From an uncultured beta proteobacterium (GTDB taxonomy: Bacteria > Pseudomonadota > Gammaproteobacteria > Burkholderiales > Gallionellaceae), in NCBI GenBank assembly GCA_963840345.1, contig CAWIYO010000006.1:277194-341193 (forward strand): DNA of 64,000 bases. The letters run 5' to 3'. Shown here in pieces: positions 1 to 10,175 of the stretch. The number at the start of each line of letters is the position of its first letter. Positions within the stretch are counted from its first letter, which is position 1. The notes under the pieces were generated by a model, which saw nothing but the letters and a program-made list of their open reading frames with translations, ran no database searches and was not told the DNA's origin. Position numbers and translations under genes: made by a program.

Positions 1-624
1 CAGCAGCAATTCGAAGCGCCCCAGCAATCCGCTTCCGATATGAATAGGATAACTGCGCTCTGCCAGCCCTACATTCAAGGTCTGCATCGTTTTTTCGCTT
101 CCTGCCATTTGCCTCATCTCTTCCAGTTTGAGTTGTAACCGTTCGAGCAATACTTGCACGCTCTGTTTGCCGGTGTGGATGATCAGATCCGCGGCCTCAG
201 CATAGAGCGGGTCGCGCTGGTCATGCAACTCCTGCAGCTTGGCGCGAGGATTATCCGTTTGTAGCAGCGGCCGGTTATGGTCATGGCGCGTGCGTTGCCA
301 CAGGTCGTGCACGCTGCTCTTCAAATACACAACCACACCGTTCTGCTTCATCATCGATCGGTTTTGCGGGTTGAGTATCGCCCCTCCACCTGTTGCCAAT
401 ACGATGTCATCCTGTTTGAGCAGCTCTTCGATCACTCCACATTCGCGTACACGGAATCCCGCCTCACCCTCGACATCGAAAATATGCGGGATGGTCACGC
501 CGGTGCGTCGCTGTATCTCTTCGTCGCTATCGATAAAGGCCTTGCCGAGTTGCTTGGCAAGGAGCTTCCCCACGGTAGTTTTGCCCGCCCCCATCATCCC
601 CACAAGGATGATGTTGCCAGACAT
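1..624 (-). CDS. aroKB: Fused shikimate kinase / 3-dehydroquinate synthase (AroK-AroB), truncated by the left window edge
   Basis: Manual translation from ATG 624 (alternative 651) gives MSGNIILVGMMGAGKTTVGK (AroK P-loop) ...RPLL...RDPLY... and continues with no stop into MQTLNVGLAERSYPIHIGSGLL (AroB N-terminus at 87). It is absent from the ORF track because it has no stop in the window. Confidence 0.9.
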   Translation of the reverse strand, partial: MSGNIILVGMMGAGKTTVGKLLAKQLGKAFIDSDEEIQRRTGVTIPHIFDVEGEAGFRVRECGVIEELLKQDDIVLATGGGAILNPQNRSMMKQNGVVVYLKSSVHDLWQRTRHDHNRPLLQTDNPRAKLQELHDQRDPLYAEAADLIIHTGKQSVQVLLERLQLKLEEMRQMAGSEKTMQTLNVGLAERSYPIHIGSGLLGRFELLL

Positions 625-691
625 TCGCTTTTCAATTTTTGTGCCGCTCATGCTTGTGATTGTATCGGAAACTCATTGTTCGTTTTTTGAC

Positions 692-727
692 AAAAGAAAA
701 GCCCGGCATCGCCGGGCTTTTCTTTTT
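692..727. terminator. Bidirectional intrinsic terminator downstream of pilQ
   Basis: Perfect hairpin aaaagaaaagcccggc-atc-gccgggcttttctttt, with A-rich and T-rich tails on the two sides. Confidence 0.8.
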
Positions 728-739
728 GCTTGGCCGCTT

Positions 740-2818
740 TTAATTCATGCCCAGACTGTCTTTCAGTATCTTGGGCGTGATGAACACCAATAGTTCCTTT
801 TTGGCCTTTGCAGTCGTGTCAGTCTTGAACAGCCAGCCAATTATCGGGATATCTCCGAGCAGCGGGATCTGCTGAACATCGTCCGTTGCATCCTGGGTAT
901 AAATGCCACCGATAACCACAGTGCCGCCGTTCTCGACCAGCACGTCGGTTTCGACTTTCTTGGTATTGATGCTGGGGATATTGTAGTAAATGGTTCCCAC
1001 GGTATCCTGGCTAACCAGGACTTTCATCCCGACATGGTCATCCGGAGTGATTTGCGGCGTGACAGTAAGGCCCAATACCGCCTTTTTGAAGGCGACGTTG
1101 GCAGCACCGCTGCTGCTTGCCTGCAAATACGGGATTTGGACGCCGGACTCAATGGTTGCTTCAGTCTTGTCACCGGTCACTACCCGCGGGCTAGCGATGT
1201 TCTTGCTCGTGCCATCGATTTCCGAAGCGTTCAACTCCAAGGTCAGCGTCTTGGTGGCAACCGCATTGTATAGGGTCATTGTCAGTCCGCCTATCCCGGC
1301 ATTTGCACCAGGCAAGTTCACTTGGGGTGCGAACGTGCCACGCATACCGATGCCGTTTGCAACCGGGAATCCGCCTCCGGCCACACTGGTTTCAGGTCCT
1401 GCGTAGCTCAAGCGGCCTCCCAATGTACGCTTGAAAGTATCACCCGCTTCTACAAAACGCGCCTCGATCATCACTTGACGCACGGATACGTCGAGTTGGC
1501 TGATGAAGTGACGAATGTCCTCCAGCCTTGATGGGGCGTCTTGCACGAACAACGTGTTGGTCCGGATATCCGCAACAGCCGTACCGCGTTTTGAAAGCAA
1601 CCCGGCGTCCTTGCTCTTTAACAGCTTTGCCATATCTTCTGCTCTGGCATAACTGAGTCTGAAGCTTTCTGTGCGCACCACCTCCATCTCGCTGATTTCC
1701 TGGCGGGCAGTCAGATCACTTTTCTCCTTGCTTGCAATCTCTTCGCGCGGAGCGACCTGGATCACATTGCCATTCTTGCGCATATCCAGTCCCTTGCTCT
1801 GCAGAATGATGTCCAGTGCCTGATCCCATGGCACATCCTTCAATCTCAAGGTGAGGTTACCCGAGACGGTATCGCTGATAACCATGTTCAATCCGGTAAA
1901 GTCGGCAATAACGCTCAACGCTTCACGTGTCGAGATATTCTGGAAATTCAGTGTCAGCTTCTCTCCGGCATACCCCGGTACACTGCTTTTAACCAGTTTG
2001 TTCGGGTCCTCTGCGACCTCTTTCACATCGATGAAGAACTTGTTGTCTGTCTGGTATGCGGAGTATTCCCACAATCCTTTGGGTTCGATTGCCAGGCGTA
2101 CGTTCTCACCCTGCGAATAGGCATCAACTGACTGAACCGGCGTGGCAAAATCAGTTACATCCAGCTTGCGCTGCAAGTTGCGGGGCAGCGAAGTATGCAG
2201 GAAATCTACCAGCAACAATCTGCCCTGCTGCTTGATATCGATACCTACCCCGGCATCCGACAGATCAATTTGAATTCGCCCTTCACCATTCTTTCCACGC
2301 CGGAAATCGACATCGCGCAGACTGTGTTTTTGCGCTGCTCCGGGCTTGGCTTCCGCAAAGTGCGCCTGAGCTGTACCGCTTGCTGATCCGACCTCTTTGC
2401 GCTGCAGCGTGATCAGCAGATTGTTCCCTTCCACCCGTGATTCATAACTCAGCATCTGATTGAGATTTACCACAAGTCTCGTGCGGTTGCCCGCCTGCAC
2501 GATATTGGCGCTGCGCAGATCGCCCTCGCCAAATTCCTGCGTCGATTTCCCCAGCCCGTTCTCGGTATTCGGGAAGTCAAAAGCGATGCGGGGCGGCGTA
2601 TTGATGGTAAACACAGTTGGCTGGCTGGTCGGCGCGCTTTTCAGCCCGACTGTAATGACCACTTTACCGCCTAGTTCGTTGTTTGCGCTGATGGATTGGA
2701 TGCTATTCATTGCATCTACATTGCCTGCCTCCTGAGCCTTGGCAACTGTTGCGCTCAGAAACAGTGCAATCGCTATCAACTGAACGGCGCTACGAATTGG
2801 GTTTTTCATGGTATTCAC
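740..2818 (-). CDS. pilQ: Type IV pilus secretin PilQ
   Basis: 692 aa with signal peptide, AMIN-like N-domains, LTLNFQ and VPWDQALDII motifs, and secretin C-terminus IPLLGDIPIIGWLF..ELLVFITP; last gene of pilMNOPQ. Confidence 0.96.
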   Translation of the reverse strand: MNTMKNPIRSAVQLIAIALFLSATVAKAQEAGNVDAMNSIQSISANNELGGKVVITVGLKSAPTSQPTVFTINTPPRIAFDFPNTENGLGKSTQEFGEGDLRSANIVQAGNRTRLVVNLNQMLSYESRVEGNNLLITLQRKEVGSASGTAQAHFAEAKPGAAQKHSLRDVDFRRGKNGEGRIQIDLSDAGVGIDIKQQGRLLLVDFLHTSLPRNLQRKLDVTDFATPVQSVDAYSQGENVRLAIEPKGLWEYSAYQTDNKFFIDVKEVAEDPNKLVKSSVPGYAGEKLTLNFQNISTREALSVIADFTGLNMVISDTVSGNLTLRLKDVPWDQALDIILQSKGLDMRKNGNVIQVAPREEIASKEKSDLTARQEISEMEVVRTESFRLSYARAEDMAKLLKSKDAGLLSKRGTAVADIRTNTLFVQDAPSRLEDIRHFISQLDVSVRQVMIEARFVEAGDTFKRTLGGRLSYAGPETSVAGGGFPVANGIGMRGTFAPQVNLPGANAGIGGLTMTLYNAVATKTLTLELNASEIDGTSKNIASPRVVTGDKTEATIESGVQIPYLQASSSGAANVAFKKAVLGLTVTPQITPDDHVGMKVLVSQDTVGTIYYNIPSINTKKVETDVLVENGGTVVIGGIYTQDATDDVQQIPLLGDIPIIGWLFKTDTTAKAKKELLVFITPKILKDSLGMN

Positions 2819-2824
2819 TCCTAA

Positions 2825-3337
2825 TCACTCTATCAGCTGCAGGCTGCTCTCACGTTCGGACCAGTCGCCAACGCTGTCTTGTACCATCTCTTTTATTTTC
2901 ACTTCAGTTTCTGTCACCGAGGTGACCTGACCGAAATTCAGTCCGATGTAATTACCGACCTTGACTCTATAAATCTTACCCTCGGCAGAACGTATAACCG
3001 CTTGCCCAACTCCTTTTTGAGACAAATAACCTACCATTTTCAGGCTTTCAAGAGGGAAGTCTTCCAGCTCTTCCTTCGGCCTGTTCAAATTGGGCTGATT
3101 CTGCCCGGTACGAGCTGTGTTTCTCGCGTCCTGTTTACGTGGCTTGAACGGATCAGGCAGACTGGCGTCGTTATCGTAGGTAAACGGCTCATACGGCTTG
3201 ATCTCGGGAGGCGGCTCGACCTTGCCGCGCATATCGGCACCTGCATTCTTGACGAAGTCGCGCAGGTCCTGGAATTCTTCACCTCCGCACCCGGCCAGAA
3301 TCAACGATGCGAGGAGTATGGAATGCGAGATTCTCAT
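2825..3337 (-). CDS. pilP: Type IV pilus lipoprotein PilP
   Basis: Lipobox LAGC, EELEDFPLESLKMVG and G.YIGLNFG motifs; synteny. Confidence 0.93.
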   Translation of the reverse strand: MRISHSILLASLILAGCGGEEFQDLRDFVKNAGADMRGKVEPPPEIKPYEPFTYDNDASLPDPFKPRKQDARNTARTGQNQPNLNRPKEELEDFPLESLKMVGYLSQKGVGQAVIRSAEGKIYRVKVGNYIGLNFGQVTSVTETEVKIKEMVQDSVGDWSERESSLQLIE

Positions 3338-3966
3338 TTCTTTGCTCCAGCAGCTGCTTTGGCTGCGCGCTTCTGCGCCGCCAACTCATCTTCATCCAGG
3401 TAACGATATGTTTTCGCCACCGCATCCATGATCAACACACCGCTGTTATCAGGAACGATGCTTACGTTGTTCAGCGTCACGATGCGCGGCATTTGAGATA
3501 TGTCACTGGCAAACTTGCCCAAATCATCGTAGTTGCCAGTCACTTTGATCGTGATCGGTTGTTCGGTAAACACCCCCGTCGTCACTTCAGCTCCCGGCCT
3601 GAACAACTCAAATTGCAGACCACGCCCCAGGCCAGCCTGGTTGATGTCGGTCAGTAACGCGTCCATTTCAGACTTGCTTGGCAGTTGCTTGAGCAGGGCG
3701 CCGAAAGATTGCTGCGTGTCGATTAATTGCTTTTTGATGATATCCAGGTTGATGGCTTGCCGCTTTTTGGTCAAATACGTATCGCGAAGCCTATCCTCCT
3801 CTTCCCGCACCGTCTGCAGCTGAGTCCATTGATCCTGCCAATCAAGTGCAGCTCCAACGGCAACAATTGCCAGGAACATCGCAATAAAAGCCGTGATTTT
3901 AACTAGCCATGGCCAGCTTCCCGGAGTTTTGGGGTCGGCGTTCCTGATTTCTTCAATAATATTCAT
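3334..3966 (-). CDS. pilO: Type IV pilus assembly protein PilO
   Basis: LLKQLPSKSEMDALLTDINQAGLGRGLQFELFRP and AKTYRYLD motifs; one N-terminal TM segment. Confidence 0.94.
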   Translation of the reverse strand: MNIIEEIRNADPKTPGSWPWLVKITAFIAMFLAIVAVGAALDWQDQWTQLQTVREEEDRLRDTYLTKKRQAINLDIIKKQLIDTQQSFGALLKQLPSKSEMDALLTDINQAGLGRGLQFELFRPGAEVTTGVFTEQPITIKVTGNYDDLGKFASDISQMPRIVTLNNVSIVPDNSGVLIMDAVAKTYRYLDEDELAAQKRAAKAAAGAKK

Positions 3967-3981
3967 GTTTGCCCTTTATTC

Positions 3982-4569
3982 TTACCTGGCAGATTTCGCT
4001 GGAGCAGGAGCGGCAACAGGAGGAGCTTCTTGTTTGGTCAGATTAAAGTAGAGGGAAAATTCGCTCAAGCGAGTCTTTCCGACAGTCGCCGCATGTACCT
4101 CTATCAGCACCGGGGAATCCAGCCAGGGCGAGTCCTCAATTGAACGCATCAAAGTGGAGACCCGCGCGCTCGACTGGGCATATCCGACCATGTTTATCCT
4201 GTACCCTGTCTGCTTAAGACTTTTCAGATAAACCCCATCCGGCAGAATTCGCAACATCTGGTCGAGAAGGTGAACCACATCCGAGCGGGTGCTCTGCAGA
4301 TTCTCGACCACTGTCTTGCGCGACAACAAGGCTTGCGTTTGCTCACGCAATTTTTTGATCTCTTCGATCTGTTTATCGAGTACTGCAATCTCGTTCTTCA
4401 GGTAGTTGTTGCGTCGCTCCTGGTAGGAAATCTGCGTGCTGATTGCGGCATGGACGAAACCGACGATTACCGCACCCAGCACCAAAGAAATGACGCTCAA
4501 CACGACGAATTGCAACTGGCGGGCTTTTCGCTTCTCCTCGCGGTGAGGTAGCAGGTTAACGCGTATCAT
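3982..4569 (-). CDS. pilN: Type IV pilus assembly protein PilN
   Basis: Starts MIRVNLLPHRE (PilM-binding INLLP motif); ATG 4569 overlaps the pilM stop. Confidence 0.94.
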   Translation of the reverse strand: MIRVNLLPHREEKRKARQLQFVVLSVISLVLGAVIVGFVHAAISTQISYQERRNNYLKNEIAVLDKQIEEIKKLREQTQALLSRKTVVENLQSTRSDVVHLLDQMLRILPDGVYLKSLKQTGYRINMVGYAQSSARVSTLMRSIEDSPWLDSPVLIEVHAATVGKTRLSEFSLYFNLTKQEAPPVAAPAPAKSAR

Positions 4570-5666
4570 GATGGATCGAACCTCCGCATCGCCAAACCAC
4601 ATGCAATCATCAAGGCCGGCGCATCCATCTGCAACTGGCGCGGCTTGATGCGGCTGGACAGTGTCATCAATTCAAACGGATTCGCCACCAAAGTGCTGAC
4701 CTGGGTGCGCGTCGCCACCGCCTCATCCAGACCTGGAAGCGCGGCGCACCCTCCGGCCAGCACTATAAAGCTCACTTCGTTGTACTGCGTCGATGTAAAA
4801 AAGAATTGCAGTGCGCGCGATACTTCCATCGCGACGTTTTCACGGAAAGGGGATAGCACATCGCTTTCATAATTTTCAGGAAGCCCGCCATTGCGTTTGG
4901 CCGATTCGGCTTCTTCCGCCGACAGTCCGAAGAGGCTCTGAATTTGTTGTGTGAGCTGCGCCCCGCCCACCTGCTGGTCGCGCATATAGACCGACTGCCC
5001 ATTGCGCAATACGTTCACGTTCATCACATAGGCGCCAATATCCACCAATGCAATGCACTGATCTGTCGCTTTGCCCGGCAGCTGGTTACGTATCATCTCG
5101 AAAGCCGATTCTGCAGCATACGGCTCTACATCAACCACGATCGCTTTCAGGCCCGCCGATTGCGCCGCCGCCACACGGTCTTCAACGTTGGCCTTGCGCG
5201 ACGCCGCCAATAGCACTTCAACTTCATCAGGATTGTTCGGCGCCGGACCAATGACCTGAAAATCCAGATTGACTTCTTCCAGCGCGAAAGGGATGTATTG
5301 GTTTGCTTCGCTCTCGACCTGATACTCAAGATCGTCTTCGCGCAAACCTGCTGGCAACAGGATTTTTTTGCTGATCACCGCCGCCGCCGGCAAAGCCAGA
5401 CTGACGTTCCTGATGCGCGAACCCAAGCGTTTCCAGGCACGCTTCACAGTATCGGAAACCGCATCCAGGTTATTGATGTTGCCGTCGCTTACCGCATCCG
5501 CCGGAAGCAACTCAATGGAGTAACGCTCGACCACATATCCGTTCTTTTTTGGCGCCTCGCTCAGCTCAACCATTTTGACAGAGGACGAGCTAATATCCAC
5601 CCCGATCAAGGGTGGGGTAGAGGTGCTCAAGAAATCTAACGGGATATCAAAATTTCCTTTGATCAT
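4566..5666 (-). CDS. pilM: Type IV pilus assembly protein PilM
   Basis: Actin-like IGVDISSSSVKMVEL, YIPFALEEVNLDF and IACGLAMR motifs. Confidence 0.95.
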   Translation of the reverse strand: MIKGNFDIPLDFLSTSTPPLIGVDISSSSVKMVELSEAPKKNGYVVERYSIELLPADAVSDGNINNLDAVSDTVKRAWKRLGSRIRNVSLALPAAAVISKKILLPAGLREDDLEYQVESEANQYIPFALEEVNLDFQVIGPAPNNPDEVEVLLAASRKANVEDRVAAAQSAGLKAIVVDVEPYAAESAFEMIRNQLPGKATDQCIALVDIGAYVMNVNVLRNGQSVYMRDQQVGGAQLTQQIQSLFGLSAEEAESAKRNGGLPENYESDVLSPFRENVAMEVSRALQFFFTSTQYNEVSFIVLAGGCAALPGLDEAVATRTQVSTLVANPFELMTLSSRIKPRQLQMDAPALMIACGLAMRRFDPS

Positions 5667-5802
5667 AGGCTAGTTAGCGCTTTTCCGTACAAAGTGGTTT
5701 AAATCCTAGCAATAACTCCCATGGGTGTAAAGTTTTTTCTATGGATTCGATTTCCGGCTTCAAGACGATATAATCCAATAATACTTAACTAGAACGTTCG
5801 TC

Positions 5803-8116
5803 ATGACTTCTCGCTGGTGGTTTTATCCTTCTCTGGTTGTACTTGCCCTGCCTCTGTTGCCGATTTTACTTCTCGTATTCGCGGCCATACTGACCTACCC
5901 CACGCTTCCTACCCTGGAAACGCTAACCGACTATCGCCCCAAGATGCCGCTGCGGGTATTCAGCGCCGAGGGAACCTTGATCGGCGAATTCGGCGAAGAG
6001 CGGCGCGAATTGGTCAAAATCGAGGAGGTGCCCGAGTTGATGAAAAAGGCGATCCTCGCGGCCGAAGATGATCGATTCTATGAACATGGCGGCGTGGACT
6101 ACATCGGCGTGCTGCGCGCGGCGTATTCCAACTTCACCTCAGGGCGGGGTCAGGCAAGGTGCGAGCACGATCACCATGCAAGTCGCGCGAAATTTTTTCC
6201 TTTCCAAGGAAAAAACGCTCTCGCGCAAATTTAACGAGATGCTGCTCTCCTTCAAGATAGAGCATAACCTGAGCAAGGACGAAATCCTTCAGCTTTACAT
6301 CAACCACATCTATCTCGGTCAGCGCTCCTACGGCTTTGCTTCTGCCGCCCAGGTCTATTACGCCAAGACCCTAAACCAGTTAACCGTGCCAGAGATGGCG
6401 ATGCTTGCCGGCCTGCCCAAGGCACCCGCCACATTCAACCCGGTGGTCAATCCGGGGCGCGCGAAGGTTCGTCAGATCTACATCCTGCGGCGCATGCATG
6501 ACCTTCATTACATCAGCCAGGAGCAGCTGGACCAGGCTCTCAATGAGCCCATCCAGACCAAGCAAATCGCCCATCATCAAACGTTTGCGGTCAATGCCAG
6601 CTACGTCGCCGAAATGGCGCGCCAGGAGATGTTTGACCGCTTTCAGGAAGACGCCTATACCCAAGGCTATAGTGTCTACACCACTATCCGTGCGCAGGAT
6701 CAGGCTGCTGCTTATGCAGCTGTACGCAAAGGCGTAATGGAATACGACCATCGCCATGGCTATCGCGGGCCGGAAGGCTATATTGATCTGAAAAGGGCCA
6801 ACACCGACGAGTTGCTGGATGATGCTTTGGAAGATGTGCCAGACAGCGACGATCTCATTCCTGCAGTAGTGAAATCCGTCAGCTCCAAAAGCATATCTGC
6901 CCATTGCAAAGGCGGACTGGAAATCGAGATTCACGGTGAAGGCCTGAGCTTCGCACAACAGACACTGGGTAACAAGCTTGCACTGAACCGCCGCATCCGG
7001 GCCGGCTCTCTGATCCGCGTATTCAAGAATGACAAGGATTCCTGGGAAATCACCCAGTTGCCCCAGATCGAGTCCGCCTTCGTTTCGGCCAACCCGCGCA
7101 ACGGCGCGATCTATGCCCTGGTCGGCGGTTTCGATTTCTATAACAACCAGTTCAACCATGTCACGCAGGCTTGGAGGCAACCCGGCTCCAGTTTCAAGCC
7201 ATTCATCTATTCCGCCGCATTGGAAAAAGGCTTCACTCCAGCTTCCGTCATCAACGACGCGCCGCTGGTTATCGACCTTTCGCAAACGGGTGAAGAGTTG
7301 TGGCAACCAAAGAATTACGAAGGCGGTTTCGACGGCCCGATGCGCCTGCGCCAGGGCTTGACCCGATCCAAGAACCTCGTTTCCATCCGCATCCTGCAAG
7401 CAATAGGTCTGGAATACGCTCAGGACTACGTCACCAAATTCGGTTTCGATAAGGACAAAATCAAGCCCTTCCTCACCATGGCACTGGGGGCCGGTTCTGT
7501 CACTCCCATGCAATTGATGGGGGGCTACTCGGTGTTCGCCAATGGCGGTTACCGTGTCATGCCCTATTTCATCCAGCGCATCGAAGATGGCCAAGGCAAG
7601 GTTATCGCGCAAGCGTCGCCAATCGTTGCGGGCGAGAATGCCGAGCGTGTCATCGATGTTCGTAACGCCTTCACGATGGTGAACATGATGCAGGACGTGG
7701 TGAAACATGGCACAGCCATCCGCGCCATGGAACTGGGCAGGCAAGATCTCGCGGGCAAGACCGGCACCACCAGCGACTCGATGGACGCATGGTTCGCGGG
7801 GTTCCATCCCACCCTCGTCGCTGTCACCTGGATCGGCTACGACAACCCGCAAAGCCTGGGTGAAAAGGAGACGGGCGGTGGCGCGGCGCTGCCCATCTGG
7901 ATGAGCTACATGGGTAAGATGTTGCAGGGTGTGCCCGAAGTCGAATACTCCACGCCGGAGCACGTCGTCACTGCCCGCATCAACGATAACGGACTACGCG
8001 ATCCCAGCGGCACTCACATCGAATATTTCTATGAAGAGAACCTTCCGGCAGAACAGGGCGAAGTGGCTACCGAGGGAAGCAAACCTGCGGATAACGTAAA
8101 CGATCAACTCTTCTAG
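5803..8116 (+). CDS. mrcA: Penicillin-binding protein 1A with an apparent +1 frameshift near 6142 (probable sequencing error)
   Basis: ORF 5803 carries the TM segment and EDDRFYEHGGVD. ORF 6068..8116 continues QGASTITMQ, RQPGSSFKP and GKTGT. Removing one G at about 6142-6144 restores NFTSGGVRQGAST. Divergent from pilM, as is typical. Confidence 0.92.
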
Positions 8117-8127
8117 CGTATACGAAG

Positions 8128-8721
8128 ATGAGCAAACCGCACGCGCTACGCCGCGACCTGATGCGCGAACAACTCGCGCAACAGGCCGCGAAACTAATGG
8201 CCGAAGACGGCATCACCGATCACGCGTTCGCCAAGCGCAAGGCAGCGAGGCAACTCGGCGCATCCGACACCCACCATCTCCCCAGCAATCAGGAAGTGGA
8301 TGAAGCCCTGCACAGCTATCGTTTGCTCTATCAGCGTGACAGCCATCCCGGAATCCTGCGTCAGTTGCGCGAAGAGGCCGTCACCATCATGCGGTTGCTT
8401 GAACCATTCCATCCCTATCTTACCGGCTCGGTGTTAAGCGGCACGGCAGGCGAGCATTCCGATATCAACCTGATTCTTTTCAGCGACGATGCCAAGGCTG
8501 TGCTCCTGTTCCTGCTCAAACACAATATTGAGTTCGAAGATGACGAGTGGAAAGCACGGGTAGGCGGACACGACGAGCTTGTGCCTAGCTACACCCTGAC
8601 CGGAGAATCCGGCGCCCAGATACATATCATCGTCTTTCCCGAAAATGCCCATCACAGCGGCAGTCGGCACCCGGAGACTCATGCCGATGTCGCTGCGGTG
8701 GAAGCTTTACTGCTTTCCTGA
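8128..8721 (+). CDS. Conserved hypothetical protein with a nucleotidyltransferase-like motif
   Basis: 197 aa directly after mrcA. AKRKAARQLG and LPSN motifs; YLTGSVLSGTAGEHSDINL resembles a degenerate Pol-beta-type GS..DxD motif. Confidence 0.75.
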   Translation: MSKPHALRRDLMREQLAQQAAKLMAEDGITDHAFAKRKAARQLGASDTHHLPSNQEVDEALHSYRLLYQRDSHPGILRQLREEAVTIMRLLEPFHPYLTGSVLSGTAGEHSDINLILFSDDAKAVLLFLLKHNIEFEDDEWKARVGGHDELVPSYTLTGESGAQIHIIVFPENAHHSGSRHPETHADVAAVEALLLS

Positions 8722-8960
8722 TCAGCACTGGTTGTTCCCTCATAGCCAAAGCTTGGCATCGACTTTCGATGCCCCTCCCTGCGCCAACAAGGTGTACTGA
8801 TTTCCTCAGGTAAATCAGTATCCTAGCGATTCCCTCGGGCAAATTTACTGCAAAGTTTCTTTCCATTTGCCGCAGCAAATGGTCACCTCAAGCGCTTTAT
8901 CGAGGCTGCTTTTTTCGTTCACATTTTTCGCTTCCTTGTTTCAACTGGCGTTCGCTCCCG

Positions 8961-8976
8961 TGGCATGGTTCTTGTT
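8961..8976 (+). promoter_or_regulatory. Candidate sigma54 -24/-12 promoter of the hydrogenase operon
   Basis: TGGCATGGTTCTTGT has GG-N10 spacing but GT instead of GC at -12; it lies about 40 bp upstream of the small-subunit start. Confidence 0.4.
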
Positions 8977-9017
8977 TATCACGTCATGCGATGTAAACGA
9001 TAACAAGGGGCTTGACT

Positions 9018-10175
9018 ATGAATATTGACACCATTGAAAACGAAGAGAGCATGGTAGCGCTGGAAAAACGGCTCGGTATGTCACGACGCAGCTTCATGCA
9101 AATGTGTGCCGCGATGGCGGCAACCATGGGACTGCCCAACGACGCGGCAGCCGCCATGATCAAGGCTGTAGCCACCAGGAAGCGTCCATCGGTGATCTGG
9201 CTGCACTTCCAGGAATGCACCGGCTGCACCGAATCATTGCTGCGCGCTGAACATCCGACACTGGAAAAACTCATCCTCGACGTCATATCCCTCGATTATC
9301 ACGAAACGCTGTTTGCCGCCGCCGGACACCAGGCCGAAGCCGCCCGCAGACAGGCGATGAAAGCCAACAAGGGCAAATATCTGCTGGTGGTCGAAGGCGC
9401 GATCCCGACCAAGGACAACGGCATCTACTGCAAGGTCGGCGGCCAGACAGCAATAGAAATGCTCAAGGAATGCGCTGCCGATGCTGCTGCGGTCATCGCC
9501 ATCGGCAGTTGCGCCTCCTGGGGCGGCATGCCTTCCACACCGCCCAATCCCACCGGTGCACAAAGCGCCGGAGAAGTTCTGGGCAAGGTAATCCCCAATA
9601 TTCCCGGCTGCCCGCCCAATCCCTACAACTTCCTGTCCACCGTGGTGCATTTCCTGACCTTCGGCAAATTGCCTGACGTGGATAACATCGGCCGTCCCAA
9701 GTTCGCCTACTCGCGCCTCATCCATGAAAACTGCGAACGCCGCGCGCACTTCGATGCGGGCCGCTTCGCCATGGAGTTCGGCGACGAAGGTCACCGCAAG
9801 GGCTACTGCCTGTACAAGCTGGGGTGCAAGGGTCCCGAGACCTATGCCAATTGTCCATCCATCCTGTTCGGCGATGTCGGCAATGCCAGCTGGCCGGTCG
9901 GCACGGGCCACCCCTGCATCGGCTGTACCGAGAAAGGCATCGCGTTCGCCAAGCCCATCCATGCCCTGGCCGACCTGAAGACGATACGTCCTCCTGTCGG
10001 ATTCCCGCGCATCGTCGAAGAGCAGGGCATCGGCGCCACGCTCGGCGCAGCGGTGCTGACCGCAGCAGTGGCCGGTGCGGCGATCGGCGCCGGAGCCCAA
10101 CTGGCGAAGAACCTTGGCAAGGGCGTCAAGCTCGATGAAGGCGATGCCAAGCAAGAGGAAAGGAAACCATCATGA
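9018..10175 (+). CDS. hybO: [NiFe]-hydrogenase small subunit (hydrogenase-2/Hyb type)
   Basis: Tat motif SRRSF, WLHFQECTGCTES, GSCASWGG, PGCPPNP, HENCERR and CLYKLGCKGP motifs; C-terminal TM anchor. Confidence 0.93.
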   Translation: MNIDTIENEESMVALEKRLGMSRRSFMQMCAAMAATMGLPNDAAAAMIKAVATRKRPSVIWLHFQECTGCTESLLRAEHPTLEKLILDVISLDYHETLFAAAGHQAEAARRQAMKANKGKYLLVVEGAIPTKDNGIYCKVGGQTAIEMLKECAADAAAVIAIGSCASWGGMPSTPPNPTGAQSAGEVLGKVIPNIPGCPPNPYNFLSTVVHFLTFGKLPDVDNIGRPKFAYSRLIHENCERRAHFDAGRFAMEFGDEGHRKGYCLYKLGCKGPETYANCPSILFGDVGNASWPVGTGHPCIGCTEKGIAFAKPIHALADLKTIRPPVGFPRIVEEQGIGATLGAAVLTAAVAGAAIGAGAQLAKNLGKGVKLDEGDAKQEERKPS

